From the IMG/VR virus record IMGVR_UViG_3300030060_005326: a stretch of DNA of 33,242 nucleotides; one strand, written 5' to 3'. How positions within the stretch are numbered: the first letter of the stretch is position 1; each line of letters begins with the position of its first letter. The stretch comes from an uncultured virus (IMG/VR IMGVR_UViG_3300030060_005326). Taxonomy: Duplodnaviria > Heunggongvirae > Uroviricota > Caudoviricetes. The position numbers and the translations under genes were made by a program. This document shows positions 16,872 through 29,166 of this stretch, piece by piece. The notes under the pieces were generated by a model. That model was not told where the DNA came from. It ran no database searches and saw only the letters and a program-made list of their open reading frames with translations.

Positions 16872-19800
16872 ATGTCAGACCCAAGCAAACCAAAACTAGT
16901 TAACGAAACTCCTTATTCTCAATGGTCATCCGAAAACATCTACGAAGATGAAGTAGAAAGTTACGGTCGTTACGCAGAGCATTTAAGGCAAGAATATCTT
17001 TCTGCTAGGGCATACACCCCAGAAGTAGAACAAGATCTAAGGGCAGGGCTAAAAGATATTTTAGAGACAGAAGGTCTGTTAGGTTTTGATACAGCAGATC
17101 AAGTTCAAGATACTCTTGATAGTATCGAGGAACCTTCTCTCTTTGAGGAAGCAAGTCTTCTTGCCGATAACATTGATTTAGTAAAAGCCTCGTCAGAAGA
17201 CAAAGACAAGATTCTTTCTTATGTGGCGAGCCAAAAAGCTGGCGGAGAACCTGATGAAAATTTAGACCCAGATGATCTTTTCCGAATCGTCAAAGATAGT
17301 AGAAGAGATCTTATTACAGATTTATATAATAGAGGAGAAATTCTAGCGGGGGTATATGAGGACGAAGAAGGTAATGAAACTTTCTTAGGTGGTAAACTAC
17401 CAGATAACATCACAGAGGAAGAGGTTATAAAGAACTCCTCTGCCTATGGCGTTAAAGCTAGGCACTTGTTTAATCTTCAAGCAAATAGGCAAAAGATTCC
17501 ACAAAGAGGGAACCTTCGATTTTATGAAATCAAAGAAAGGCAAAAGGCTGAAGTAGACATCGACGAGTTCTTTGCGAAGACTGATCAAAAAACAAAAGCA
17601 CAACTGCAAGGATTAGCTACTGAGTTAGGAAAAAGAAAGTCTTGGGATTGGGTAGATAAGGGTTGGGAAAACACAGGTGATTTTACTGGGGATATTTGGA
17701 GATCTATCCGCATAGGGTGGAATGATTTAACTGGTGATGATGAAGAAGCTCAAGAGCTTAGACAGAAGGCTCGATTTGAAGAAAATGCAGAGGCTGCTGA
17801 AGACCGATCACAAGCAACTAGAGCACTTATTATTCAGCGTTTAGTAAATGAAACTGGGTATGATTCAGAAGTTTTAGAAGACGTAGTCGATGACTATGTT
17901 ACTAAGTTAGCGTTTTATGGAGATGGTGGAGATTTCCAACCGACTTTGAAATACACCGATGACGAGGATGATCTCGCACAGAACGTAATAAAAACAAAAT
18001 ACAATGGTGTTTTAATTCAAAGAGATCTTCAATTAAAACCAGAAATGTATGCGAAAGCTCTTGCTGGGGCTGGGTTGTCGGAAGAAGAAATCAAAGAACA
18101 AGAAACTTACAGGGCAGCAGCAAACGAAGCAGAGTTCGATTCATTTAATAAAATCCTGACTGCAGACGAAGATCACGGCGAGGATTGGCAACGTGCTTTA
18201 ATAAGTGGCAAACTCAATGGTCTCAGTAACGGATTAATTCTAGAAAAATTTGTNNNNNNNNNNGCTTTAGAAAGCGTGGAGCTTGGACAAGTGTAAAGCA
18301 GTCCTTCTCTACCTTGGGTTATGGCGTGGCAGCAATGTTTGGTTCTGAATGGGGGCAAGAAGGTCTAGTAGAAAATGAAAGAGTAAGAAATCATAACAGA
18401 GAGATAGCTGGCTTATTCGGAATCGAGATGGGGACGGGGCAAGATATTATTGAGCAGGTTGCCCCAATGTTAACTGATGCAGTTATTACTGGTGTAGCAG
18501 CATTAGCTACAGTCCCTACTGCTGGCGCAAGTGCTGCTGGAGGTGCTGCTTACTTTAGTGCAAAAACTTCAGGAACTGCTGTTGCGAGAAACATCCTCAA
18601 AGAATCCTTCAAAGGAACTTTCAAAAGGGGAGTAAAGAAAACTGCAGAAGGAAAAGTAGTAAGAGAATCTCTAGAAGATGTAAGGGATAGAATTGTAGCT
18701 AACGCTACCTTGGGAAAAGATGTAACCGCTGATACGATTTATGCAGCTACAAAGGGTTACAACAGTAAGTTAGGAGCTACTCTAGGAATCAAAGCAGCTA
18801 CTTTTGTTCCTGCTGCTACCAGATCTGGGTCGATGACTTATGGTTCGGTGTATAGCACAATGACTGAAAGTCTAACAGCAGAACATAAAGATGCTGGTGG
18901 AGAATGGCATGAAGGTTGGAGTGAAGAGAGAGTTAAACAAGAAGCACATAAGGTTGCATTCGGTGCAGGGCTTCAAGCAGGAACAACGACAGGTCTTCTT
19001 ACCTCCGCAATGGGATCTATTTTTGGTGGTAAGCTGGGAGGTTTGGAGAACGCCTTTCTTAAAGGTCTAAGCTACAGGCAAACAAGAGTTGTCACTGAGC
19101 GTTTGTTGGGCAAAGAAGTTAGTGACGTTGCTTTTCAAAAAGCTCTAAAGAAAAGTATCACCAAAGTGATGTCAAAGAATGGTTTTGGTGTTGCTAAAGA
19201 AATAGGGTTATCGGCATTAGGTGAAGGTATTGAGGAAGGTCTTGATGAATTTGTTAACACCTTGATTCAAGATGCTTACACAGGACAAGACACCCCTCTA
19301 AAAGAGAGGATGACCTCGACCTTTCAAGGCGTTATATTGGGAGGAATCATGGGGGCGGGATCTCCTTCATTGGGGAGAGTATCCCGTAACGCAGCAATAA
19401 GATTTAGATTTGATAAAACACAAGCTCGTTTACTTCAAGATGAAGTGTTGGAAGACTACAGAGAACGCATCGCAAGTGATGAAGCTCTCAATGAAAAGTA
19501 TAGTAGACTATATGATTCTGGAGCACCTCAAACAGCAGAAGCTGCTAAAGATGCAGATAAAAGGAAGCAGATAAACGAGAAGTATAATCAACCAGATAGT
19601 CCCGAAGCGGATCAAGACGCACCACAAGATCAACAAGATGCTCAAGCTGATGCGGGTGCTGCTGAACAAGATGATGTTCTCCCCGAAATTGATGAGGATG
19701 GAAACATAATTCCTAGAGAAGTAGTTGCTCAAAGAAAAAGGGAAGAAGAAATAAAACAAGAAGATGAGATACTAGAACAACTAGAGCTTGTCTTCGCTAC

Positions 19801-22800
19801 GACTCCACAAGAAGAAGTTGAAAAGGTAATTGATGACGTAGATTCAGAGAGCGAATCAGAAAATCAAACAACTGTAGACCCTGATATAGAATCAGATCCA
19901 ACTATTACTAAAGTTCTTGATTCAGACGAAAACGTCGATTCCAAAAAAGACAAGGCTTCTATTACTACTCCACACCCAGCGAATGTTGACACGCTTACAG
20001 CCAGACAAAAACATTCAGCTACTCTTGCTGATATCGAAAGAAAACAAAAACGATATCAAGAAGCTCAAGCAAATATTTCAGTATTAGAAGGACAAGAGCT
20101 TGAAAAAGCGCAGCGAGAAATAGATCAAGCTGTTGCAGAAGGAAGACTACACACGCCAGAGACTGCGTCCTTTAGCAGAAAAGAAGCAGACAAAGTTTTA
20201 GAGAAAGATCTGGCGGATGAAAGTAAACCTGCAGTTGTTTCTGAGAAAGACATCTCTTCATTATCACAACTAGAGGCAGCAGGATTTCCCGTTACTCTAA
20301 TTAAAGAACACCTAAATCAATTTGATTTAAATCTAGATAAGGCTGATCCGAAGTATCTAAATGCGGTGACCGCTAAACTAGCGGAAGCTATTAGAAAAAG
20401 ATTTCCTATTCTTAAAAAGAGAATGCCTAAAGGTGGTCTTAGAATACCCAGTGCTTTTGGTGGATCTGTCAGAAGTGTATTTATAGACGCTGATGGAAAT
20501 GGGGTATTTAACAATGACCCCTTATCAATGCTTACCTTGTTGCAGAATGGAGTCCCTATTCCTCTATCAGATCAAGACGCGACAAGCACAACGATAAATA
20601 AATCTTTTGATGTTAAAGATATTTCAGGACAGAAATTTGTAACGGATGTTCGTATACCTGTCTCAGGTGGTTACGTTTCTGCGCGAACTGCCTTCAATAA
20701 AGTAGGTGCTCACCAAGCTGATTACAGCAAAGTGGTAGCTCTTATCTCGCAAAACAAACGCTTTAGAGATTACTACTCTAATTCCAACATTCTCGAAAGT
20801 CCTGAAGGTCTTGGGGGTAAAAGATTTAAAGACCCACTAAATCCCAAGAGGAAAGCTACACTACAAGAACTCTTAAAAGACGCGCAAGATATTGGTAAAT
20901 TAAAAGGCATCATTGCTAATGACGATACTCTTAATCTTAACAAAGATTATCTAGATGCAATGGCTGTGTCTCTTAGTATATCTCTACAGAATAGACTTTA
21001 TTCATACGGCATTGATGTTGTTGCTGGTAATGCCAAATCAGATGTCCCTTACAACATAGGTGAGGTTAGAGATAGCCAAGGTCAGTTCTATAAAAAGCAA
21101 CAGGCACAAAGGTCTAAAAAAGCTAAACGTGATTTAGCGAGTATCATAAGTCCTAACTCCCCTGTCCTTAATGACCCTTCTGTTCTAAATGTTGATACTA
21201 CGGTTGAAGACAATTTCGTCCCACCACGAGTAAATCCAATCGCTCCAATCCCCCAACCTAAACTAGAGTCATTCTTAGGTAATTTATTTACAGAAGGTGA
21301 AGAAGCACTGAGGGATAATTTACCACTGCGAGCTGCTGTTAAAAGTCTTCTCGATAATGAGATGCACGGAGGTCGTAAGACTACTAAGTTTTATACCCCA
21401 AAGAAAACTTTTGAGGAGTTAGTATTCTTTTTAGCTAAAGGATCTTCAGTTACAAAGTTCCAACAACTTAATTCTGTTCTCAATCAAGGCCAAGTCTACG
21501 GAGATACAGGAACCAAGCTTAGAAGATCTTTAATGCTTCTAGGTATGTCGAACCCCACAGTTGAAGGGACTCCCCAAAACAATCTAGAATTTGGAGATCT
21601 TGTTAAAGGAGAACTACAGAAGCTAGTCGGGTCGGATACGGAAGTTACTGCAAATGATGCCATTGATTTCTACAAACAAGTTAGAGAAGGTGCTGCTGTA
21701 TATCGTCAGAGAGCTGTTGTAGATGGTAGATCAAGAAGATCTACTGCTCGAAAAAATTACAAAGAAATAGAAGAGCTGGGTCTTGAAGAGGGTAACCCAG
21801 AGTCTGTCATAGCTGCACTAGAAGAGATAGCTAACGGTAAGGTCAAACAACTTAGGCTTGCTGCTAGAGCGATCCTGCAAAACAAAGCCTTAATAAGATC
21901 AATTAGATTCGAGATAGATCCGTCTGATGCTACCTATGCAGGTCTATATTACAGAGATGAAAATGGACAACCCGTAGTTGTAATTAATCCTAACAGATCT
22001 GGGGGTAGGGGAGTAGCTGATACTTTAGTTCACGAATACGTTCACGCATTTACTAACGACATTATAAATGCAGACCCTGCTTCAAGGACACCTGCTCAAA
22101 ATGAAGCAGTCGCTAGTCTTGCTCGTTTGTTAGAAAATATTAAACGAGAAGTAAAAGGAGATGACCCACAACTATTAAAGTTTGGCACAGAGAATTTAGA
22201 TGAGTTTGTTGCTTATCTGCTAACAGCTCCTAAGTTCCAGAGCTTTGTTCGGGGGATCAGGCCAAGAGATAGGCAGCGAAACTACTTGGAAAGAATCTTT
22301 GATTTCATAGCTAAGATCTTCCGTGTTCCTAACAAAGCATTCAACGAAGCTATCAGAGATACTCTCGACCTAACAAAGAGAGCAGGTATCCCTGATCCTG
22401 AATCTGAAACAGGATACGTGAATCAGGTTGCAGGAAGCATAGTGGAGAATCAAACAGTTCTCTTTCAGATGGCTGAAGATATGGGCATGGCTGAGACAGC
22501 TCAGACTAGTGCTGCACTTGAAAGATCTATTGATTCTTACAAAGCATGGGTGAGAAATTATCTACCCGACGAAGTTGGTTTGGTATTTGACGAGACTTCC
22601 GATGTCATAGTCAAGACAGACCCAGCAACAGGAGCTGTTATATTTAACCCAAGAAGAGCTGCCATTAAGTTGTCGCAGGTAGTTTCCGAAAATGAGTTAG
22701 ATCCGATGAGGCGCGAGCACATCCTCGCTTCATTGTTGAATGAAGAGATAGCACACACCGCATCCTTTGCTACTCTGACTGATGCTCAAATTGTAGAGAT

Positions 22801-25800
22801 AGCAGACTCAATGACGGAGGATGATTACAATAGAATCATCGATGAATATTATCCTATTGATGAACGGGCCGATGCCAGAGAAAGGCTGCTCAGTGAAGAC
22901 GCTGCAGAGTCGAGCAAAGAGAGATACATTCTAGTTGAAGAATCTCTACGAAGCCACGCACAGAAAGTGATGCGGGGAACTGAGACGAATGCCCAGATAG
23001 ATTTCCTGCTTACCAACCCATCCTTGATGGCAACGGTTAAGCAATACTTTAAGAACCTGATAGCAAAACTTACTTATCACAGAACTCTTAATCAGGTCTC
23101 ACCTGAGATGAAAGTTGCTGTGATGAACGTAGTTAGGGAGATAAGAGCTATTGAAATGGGATATGCTACAGCAGATTCCAATATGGATTTCAATCCTAGA
23201 AATCCTCAAGCTGTTATTGACCAGCTTATCAAGCAAGCTATCGGAACTAACTCTCTTATTAAAGACACGCCAGAGCCTGTGGTTTTGGAATCACGGTTTG
23301 GAACAGGTGAATTGTTGCCTGTTAACACCGCGCAAACTGAAGTCGATGACGCACTGCTCAATGGTCGTGGGGATATTGACACAGGAATAAAAGGTTCTGC
23401 TGTCCACGAGCTTGCGAAGTTCATGGATAGTTTGATGCCAGCTAGAGAAAAGATTGATTGGCAAAAGAACTGGAGAGGGAAGAAGAAGAGTTTCAAAGAT
23501 ATTCCACAGAAAGAGAAAGCCTTTAACAGGGACATTGAAAGGTCAGGGACACGACTAGTCGGAGTCCTTCAGCGAGCACTTAACGAATACCCAGATTTTG
23601 TTTCTTGGTATGAAGAACGTGTGAGTATGGCTATGGATATCTTTGCCGAGTTAGACTCAGATGCATCTAATCCAGAAGACGATTTCATATTGAAAGTTCT
23701 CATGACCGTTACCTCTAATGGTAATAAAGTTAAAGAACAGACAGAAGATTCATGGGCGTTGTATCAGAATTGGAAGAGGACTGGTAAGTTAGTCCCTGCT
23801 ACAAAGAACAATCCTGATAGAACTCAACTAGATAAAGATGGCAAAGAAGTTCCAGTCTCTTGGATAAGAGGAGACAGACAGGATCAGATTAAAAAGCACC
23901 TAGCTCTAGTTGACAGACTTATTGCAGAGCACTCATGGGAAACTGTTAGTGAATTCTTTTCTAGGTCAGGAACAAGAGCAGAACTTATAGCTGATTTGCA
24001 AGAGACGTTTGGCTTCTCTAAAACCAGAGCAGAGAAACAAACAGGGGGTGAACTAATGGACGAGCAGGTTCCTTACTCTCTTCTTTTCGGAGCCAAGCTG
24101 GGGTCGTTTTATAATAACCTCAATGGAGATTTCGAGACGATCACAATGGATCGCTGGTTCATGAGAACTTTCGGTAGAACTTTAGGGGCGCAACTCCGCA
24201 AGTATAACCGAGCAGAAATGAAGGAGAAGCACGACCGCTTTGATAAAGCTCTCGCTGCATACCTGAAGCTAGATCCCAAAGCTACACTATTTAAGTTTGC
24301 TGATTCACAAAGAACAGACAAGACAAAGCTAGATCCAATAGGTCGGAAGAGGAAAAGAAATGCCACTATGGTTTTAGCTTTGGCGAAGTATTTTACTAAG
24401 TCTTCTAATAGGAAGTTAGCCTTCGATCCTGAGACAGGAACTATGGAAAAGTTCACAGGTGAGATGGAAGACGCAGCCCCAATCACTAACGAACTGAGGC
24501 TCGCAACAAATGGTTTATCTAAAGCAATTGATTCATTTGAATTAATAGAAGCCCCTGCTAGTGGGGGACATCGTAGATTTATAAGACTTGCGATGAGGAA
24601 TGCTCTGGATAAATTAGAAAAGGAACAAGGAATCAAGATGGTTCCTGCCGAAGCACAAGCAATATTATGGTATTATGAAAAAGCCCTCCACGCAGAATAT
24701 GGATCAGGACAAGATGGTGAAGCCCCAGACTACGCGACAGCAGCGAACGAAGTCTTCAAGGAGTCCAGAGGAACGAGCGCAGGATCCTTTAGAGAATCCA
24801 CCGCCAACATTAGAGGAAGAGGAATACGACAAGAACCTGACGCTGCTGCTGGAGGAACTGGGGGCATAGCACTGGAGTCTCGATTCGGGGCAGACTCTTA
24901 CATTCCTGCAGAGATAGATGTAGAGGGTGCAGACTTCTCTAACTGGTTAGAGATATTAGAAGTTCCTTTGATGGACTTTGCTAAGTATGACGCACCCAAT
25001 ACTTTCAAACAAATCTTTGCGAGGAAAGCAGACAAGAGAGTCATATCGTTCCTCGATCAAACGCAAGCGTTTATCAGAGAGACAAAGAAGATTGTTAAAG
25101 TATATCAGGACAGGGCTAACAAAGTAATAGAGGATGAAGAGAAGAAAGGGATGACCATATCTCCAAGACTTATTTCTATTGCTTCTGGTTCCAACATGGG
25201 GACGCAGTTAAGTGACGAACAGAAAGCTCTGGTAGACAATCAATTCAAGGCAGACCAAGCCAAGTCTAGAGGACTTCCTCAAAAGGAAAAAGACAAAGTT
25301 CTTCAGCAAGCTGAAGATAATAAGAAGGCAAACATCACGAGGCTCAGAGAGCAGAACCATGATAGGCTCATACGTGAAAGGAACGCTGCCCTTGAAGATC
25401 TTCTAGTCGTGTCTCCTGCAATGTATGAGATTGTGGTGGAGATGAGGAAGCTAGTAGATCAACTCTCCATGAAAGGAGAAAAGATCTTTGAGGGGACAAT
25501 GGATCGTGATGATTTCAAAGCAGCCTTTGATTTCAACAGGGGTATCTACATCACCAGAAGATACCGTATGTTTGAAGAACCAAACTTTATTAATCAGGTT
25601 CTTAACGAAGACGATGCTACCTACGTCAAAGAAAGAGAAGCTGCTATCCTATACTTTGCTCGTCGATACAAGGCGCAAAGAATTCAGGAGCTGATGGAGA
25701 AAGAAGGACTCACGAAACAGGATGCAAGAAAAAGGGCAGACGATGAAATGAATCAGAAAGATTCTGTGCATCTTTCCGAAGGTAAGCAGATGATGGAGAA

Positions 25801-28211
25801 CTTCGTCAGATCATACGCTGCAGGAAAGATCCGCCGTGAAATTGGAACTGCTCAATCTGTTGATGGTGCTCAAGCACTTATTATAGACGAGGATAAGTTC
25901 CCGAAAGGCCCACTCAGATCGCTCGCTCAAGAACTGAATGAGAAGAAAGATATTCCAGAACCAATTAGAAAATTACTTGGTGAGTATGGTGCTGAAACTG
26001 GGCTAGATAATTTAGCTTACACTGTTGTTCACACAGCTAGTGTTATGGCGAACCAATCTTTCTTCAACAAGATGAAAGAGTTTGGAACAAAAGCAGGTGA
26101 TGGCAAAGAGCCTTGGCTTTTGACAGCTCAAGAATTTGAAAAGCTATCTAAAGAAAACCCTACCAAGTATGCGGAGTGGTCTAGGATTGCCCCTGATAAA
26201 GGGCAGCTAGATCTAAATCCTTTGAAGGGTCTCTACGCACCTAACGTAGTCATCTCTAACTTGAATGACCTTATCAAGAATGAGCGGGTAGAAACTTCTA
26301 AGGCAGCACAGGATGATCTCAACAAGCGTTCAGTAATTCTTCAAAAGGTGGGAGCATTTATAAGAAAGGCAACTGGATACAGCTTGGCATACAAGACTCT
26401 AGGTGGTGTTGGTTTCTATGGACGTAACTTTATAGGTAACGCTTTGTTCTTCGGCCCAATGCAGGGATACTACGGTGGCATCGGTAAGGCTTTTGAAGAA
26501 ACTAAGAAAGCAATCGTAGGAGATGACACATCATTTATAAGAAGAGCAGCTCAAGGATCTAAAGCAGACTTAGATTTTGCTATGATCGAACTGGCTACCA
26601 TGAATGTCTTCGGAGATGAGTTGGAAGTTAACTTGTTGCAGAGTCTTCTTAAAGAAGAGAAGACTTATAAGAGTCTTGAAGATGATACTGTAGAAGCAGG
26701 TGGTCTTGCGGTGAAAGTTTTGAAGTTGATGGATAATGGTAAAAAGACAGTGCCAGAATCACTACGCAAAGAATTAAAAGACAAAGGATTTAAGGTAGGG
26801 AAAAGCCTCAAAGAAACACATGACCTACTGCTAGAGTTTGGTNNNNNNNNNNCGTATGGCTTCTGCAGCAGACGCTTACTTTAAGGTAGGACTTTATGAT
26901 TACGAACTGAGTGTTCTTAAAGATGCTGCTCAGTGGGAAATCCAAAACGGTAAGCGCGATGGTAGGTATGCTCGACTCCTCGATAAGGATGGCAAGCCCA
27001 CTACAGCTATGAAACAAATGGCTGCAGAGATTGTTAAAGATACTGCTCAGTCATACAGCAGGGCTATTCCGCTAGTTAAAGATATAACAAATAGCAACCT
27101 GTCTGTTGTCATGGCTCCGTTCATTAGGTTCGCAGCCGATGTCCCAAGAGTAGCTCTCAATGGGTTCCTAAGAATTGGTAAAGAGAAGAACGATTCTAAT
27201 CCTATTATCCAAGCGAGGGGCAAGAAGAGGAAGCTAGGTTTCCTTGGAATGAACTCAACAATCGTTCTTGTTCCGATTATACTTAAAGCACTTCAAGGGA
27301 TTGGAGAAGATGAGGACGAAGCACTACGCGAAAGCCTTCCTCCATACATGAAGGACAACACTTTCTTCTACACCCCGAATCCCTTTAAGAAAGATGGAAC
27401 ATGGAGCTGGGATTTCACTTACCTAAATCCATTCGCTATCATTCAGGATCCCCTGATGAGAATGGGTGAGCAAATTTTCAGAGGTAACTACGCAACAGGA
27501 GGGAAAAAGTTCTTCAATATTTTGAAGCCATACCTCCAAGAACAGATCCTTGCCAAGGCTGTATACCAGATGGTGGTTAACAAATCTGATTATGGGGATA
27601 AGATAACTTATGAAGGGGAGCCAAATGTAATATTGAAGAGGGCATTATATGCAGCGAACACTGCCTTTGCCCCACGATCTTTGAAAGCACTCAATGATGC
27701 ACAAGTATCTTTGAGATCTGATGAGACACAACTAGAACGAAGTCCCTTTGGCGTGTTCTTTAGAGAAGCTCTTCCTGTTAAACCATACCCAATGGATCCA
27801 CTCAGGAGCTACAGGTCTTACCTAAAGAAACACATGGAGGATTACCGCGCTTCATCAAAACCTCTAAGCCGTTTGGTAAACACCAAAGGGATGACTAAAG
27901 GGCAGATACAGAGATTGTATAATGATTACGCCAAGACAAAGATATATCAGAACAATCAACTAAGGAGAGTTCTTCGGGGCTTCAGAGGTCTTGGGGTTAC
28001 GGCTACTCAACTCAGAGAGAACGCTTTGTCCAGAGGTATAAGTAAGAAGAGATACCGTCAGGTCATGACAGGCTTTGCCGACAGACCAATTTTAAGTAAG
28101 CCACTTGAGGATGCGTTAAAGCGAACACCTCAAGGAAGAGAGAGGCTCAAAGTATTAAAAGATTTTTACGAAACCGAATATCCAAAACCAGTAATATCTC
28201 TAGGAGAATAA
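16872..28211 (+). CDS. Giant (~3,780 aa) polyvalent internal virion/ejection protein, split into three ORFs by two N gaps
   Basis: ORFs 16872-18296, 18314-26884 and 26838-28211 change frame only at the gaps (18254-18263, 26843-26852), and each downstream frame is open right from the gap. Contains G/A-rich hydrophobic helices, HEYVH zincin motif (22031-22045), an enzyme-like domain at ~23590-24700 and a helical C-terminal region (PFIRFAADVPR). Confidence 0.8.
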
Positions 28212-28429
28212 TGAAAAAGAAAGACTTCAAACCACACACAATGTATAACCCCAAGACTGGGGAAGGAACTAAAGCAGCCACATACGAACAACACCTAAAG
28301 CTAAAGAAAATGGGATACGGACACAGCAAACCAGCCAAGAAGAAATCCGCTAAGAAGAAGACAGCTAAGAAGAAGAGTAAAACTTCTTTCACTGACGCTG
28401 TTGCAAAGCGGATGGGTGGAGGATACTAA
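28211..28429 (+). CDS. Small Lys-rich basic protein, possible DNA-condensing/core protein
   Basis: 'FKPHTMYNPKTG' N-terminus followed by AKKKS/AKKKT repeats reminiscent of histone H1 tails. Confidence 0.7.
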   Translation: MKKKDFKPHTMYNPKTGEGTKAATYEQHLKLKKMGYGHSKPAKKKSAKKKTAKKKSKTSFTDAVAKRMGGGY

Positions 28430-28836
28430 AGTATCTTCTGCCTGATGGCTTCGGTCATTTCCTCTTTGAGAACCTGATAGTTCTCATCAGAGCAAGCTCC
28501 CTCACGAGGGGGCTTTTCTTGTTGTCTCTCTTGACGGAACATTGCCTTTGCTAAGATGGCATAGTTAATGATGTCTTCACACGCATCGTCCACCGTCTCT
28601 CCTGATACGGATAGTTGTCCATCGTTCGTGAAGGTTTTGATACGTTGGATCTTATCCATTACACGCATCATGATTCCAGTTACAGGATGCACATCCAGTA
28701 TGGTTGAGCAACGGAAGTTAGCGAACACATCGTCCGCCTCCTTCCCTCCTGTATAATCATTGTTCTTCTGCTCCATTATCTGACGGCATCTGTCCGTAGT
28801 TTCTTGGTGTAGTTTTAGTAGTTCTTTAAGGGTCAT
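28426..28836 (-). CDS. DUF1599 / nucleotide-modification-associated domain protein (all-alpha NTP pyrophosphatase-like)
   Basis: KNNDY, FANF, 'RVMDKIQRI' and 'ETVDDACEDIINYAIL' signature. Confidence 0.8.
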   Translation of the reverse strand: MTLKELLKLHQETTDRCRQIMEQKNNDYTGGKEADDVFANFRCSTILDVHPVTGIMMRVMDKIQRIKTFTNDGQLSVSGETVDDACEDIINYAILAKAMFRQERQQEKPPREGACSDENYQVLKEEMTEAIRQKIL

Positions 28837-28928
28837 AGGTTGTATTTAATAAGGGCTATAAATAAAATGAATAAGCCAATCAACAAGAAGACACCTGCCT
28901 GTATCTCTCTGTCGTTAATTAGATCCAT
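28833..28928 (-). CDS. 31-aa single-TM microprotein (not in ORF track)
   Basis: MDLINDREIQAGVFLLIGLFILFIALIKYNL; fills the apparent intergenic gap; stop overlaps the DUF1599 start (ATGA). Confidence 0.6.
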   Translation of the reverse strand: MDLINDREIQAGVFLLIGLFILFIALIKYNL

Positions 28929-29166
28929 TTGTTCTCGCAAGTTTAGTTAAGTGAACTGCCATCCTGTTTGCTAGTTTAGTTGATGCTTTAGAGTTATCTG
29001 TAATCTCTGGCCCAATTACTTCTTTACCAGCAAAGTTAACCCAGATAGCAAAGACCCTCACGGTTGCAGGATCTACATAGTCTTCTATGAAATCCCCTTG
29101 GATAAGTAGTCGTGGGCTATCCTGTTGGTCATCATAATTGTATAAGGCTCGGACAATGTGCTTCAT
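28915..29166 (-). CDS. Hypothetical protein
   Basis: 83 aa; ATGA-coupled to the upstream gene. Confidence 0.65.
   Translation of the reverse strand: MKHIVRALYNYDDQQDSPRLLIQGDFIEDYVDPATVRVFAIWVNFAGKEVIGPEITDNSKASTKLANRMAVHLTKLARTNGSN

Noticed and set aside
21260..21280. KLESFLG (and QLERSPFG near the C-terminus) as extra copies of the LESRFG motif
   Set aside because: Only partial matches; cannot be distinguished from chance without homologue alignments.
18254..26852. Apparent frameshifts or pseudogenisation in the giant gene
   Set aside because: Both breaks fall on fixed 10-N scaffold gaps, so they are assembly artefacts and give no evidence of programmed frameshifting.
16872..28211. Virion-encapsidated RNA polymerase
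   Set aside because: No DxDGD or recognisable single-subunit RNAP motifs found by eye; only a structure search could fully exclude it.
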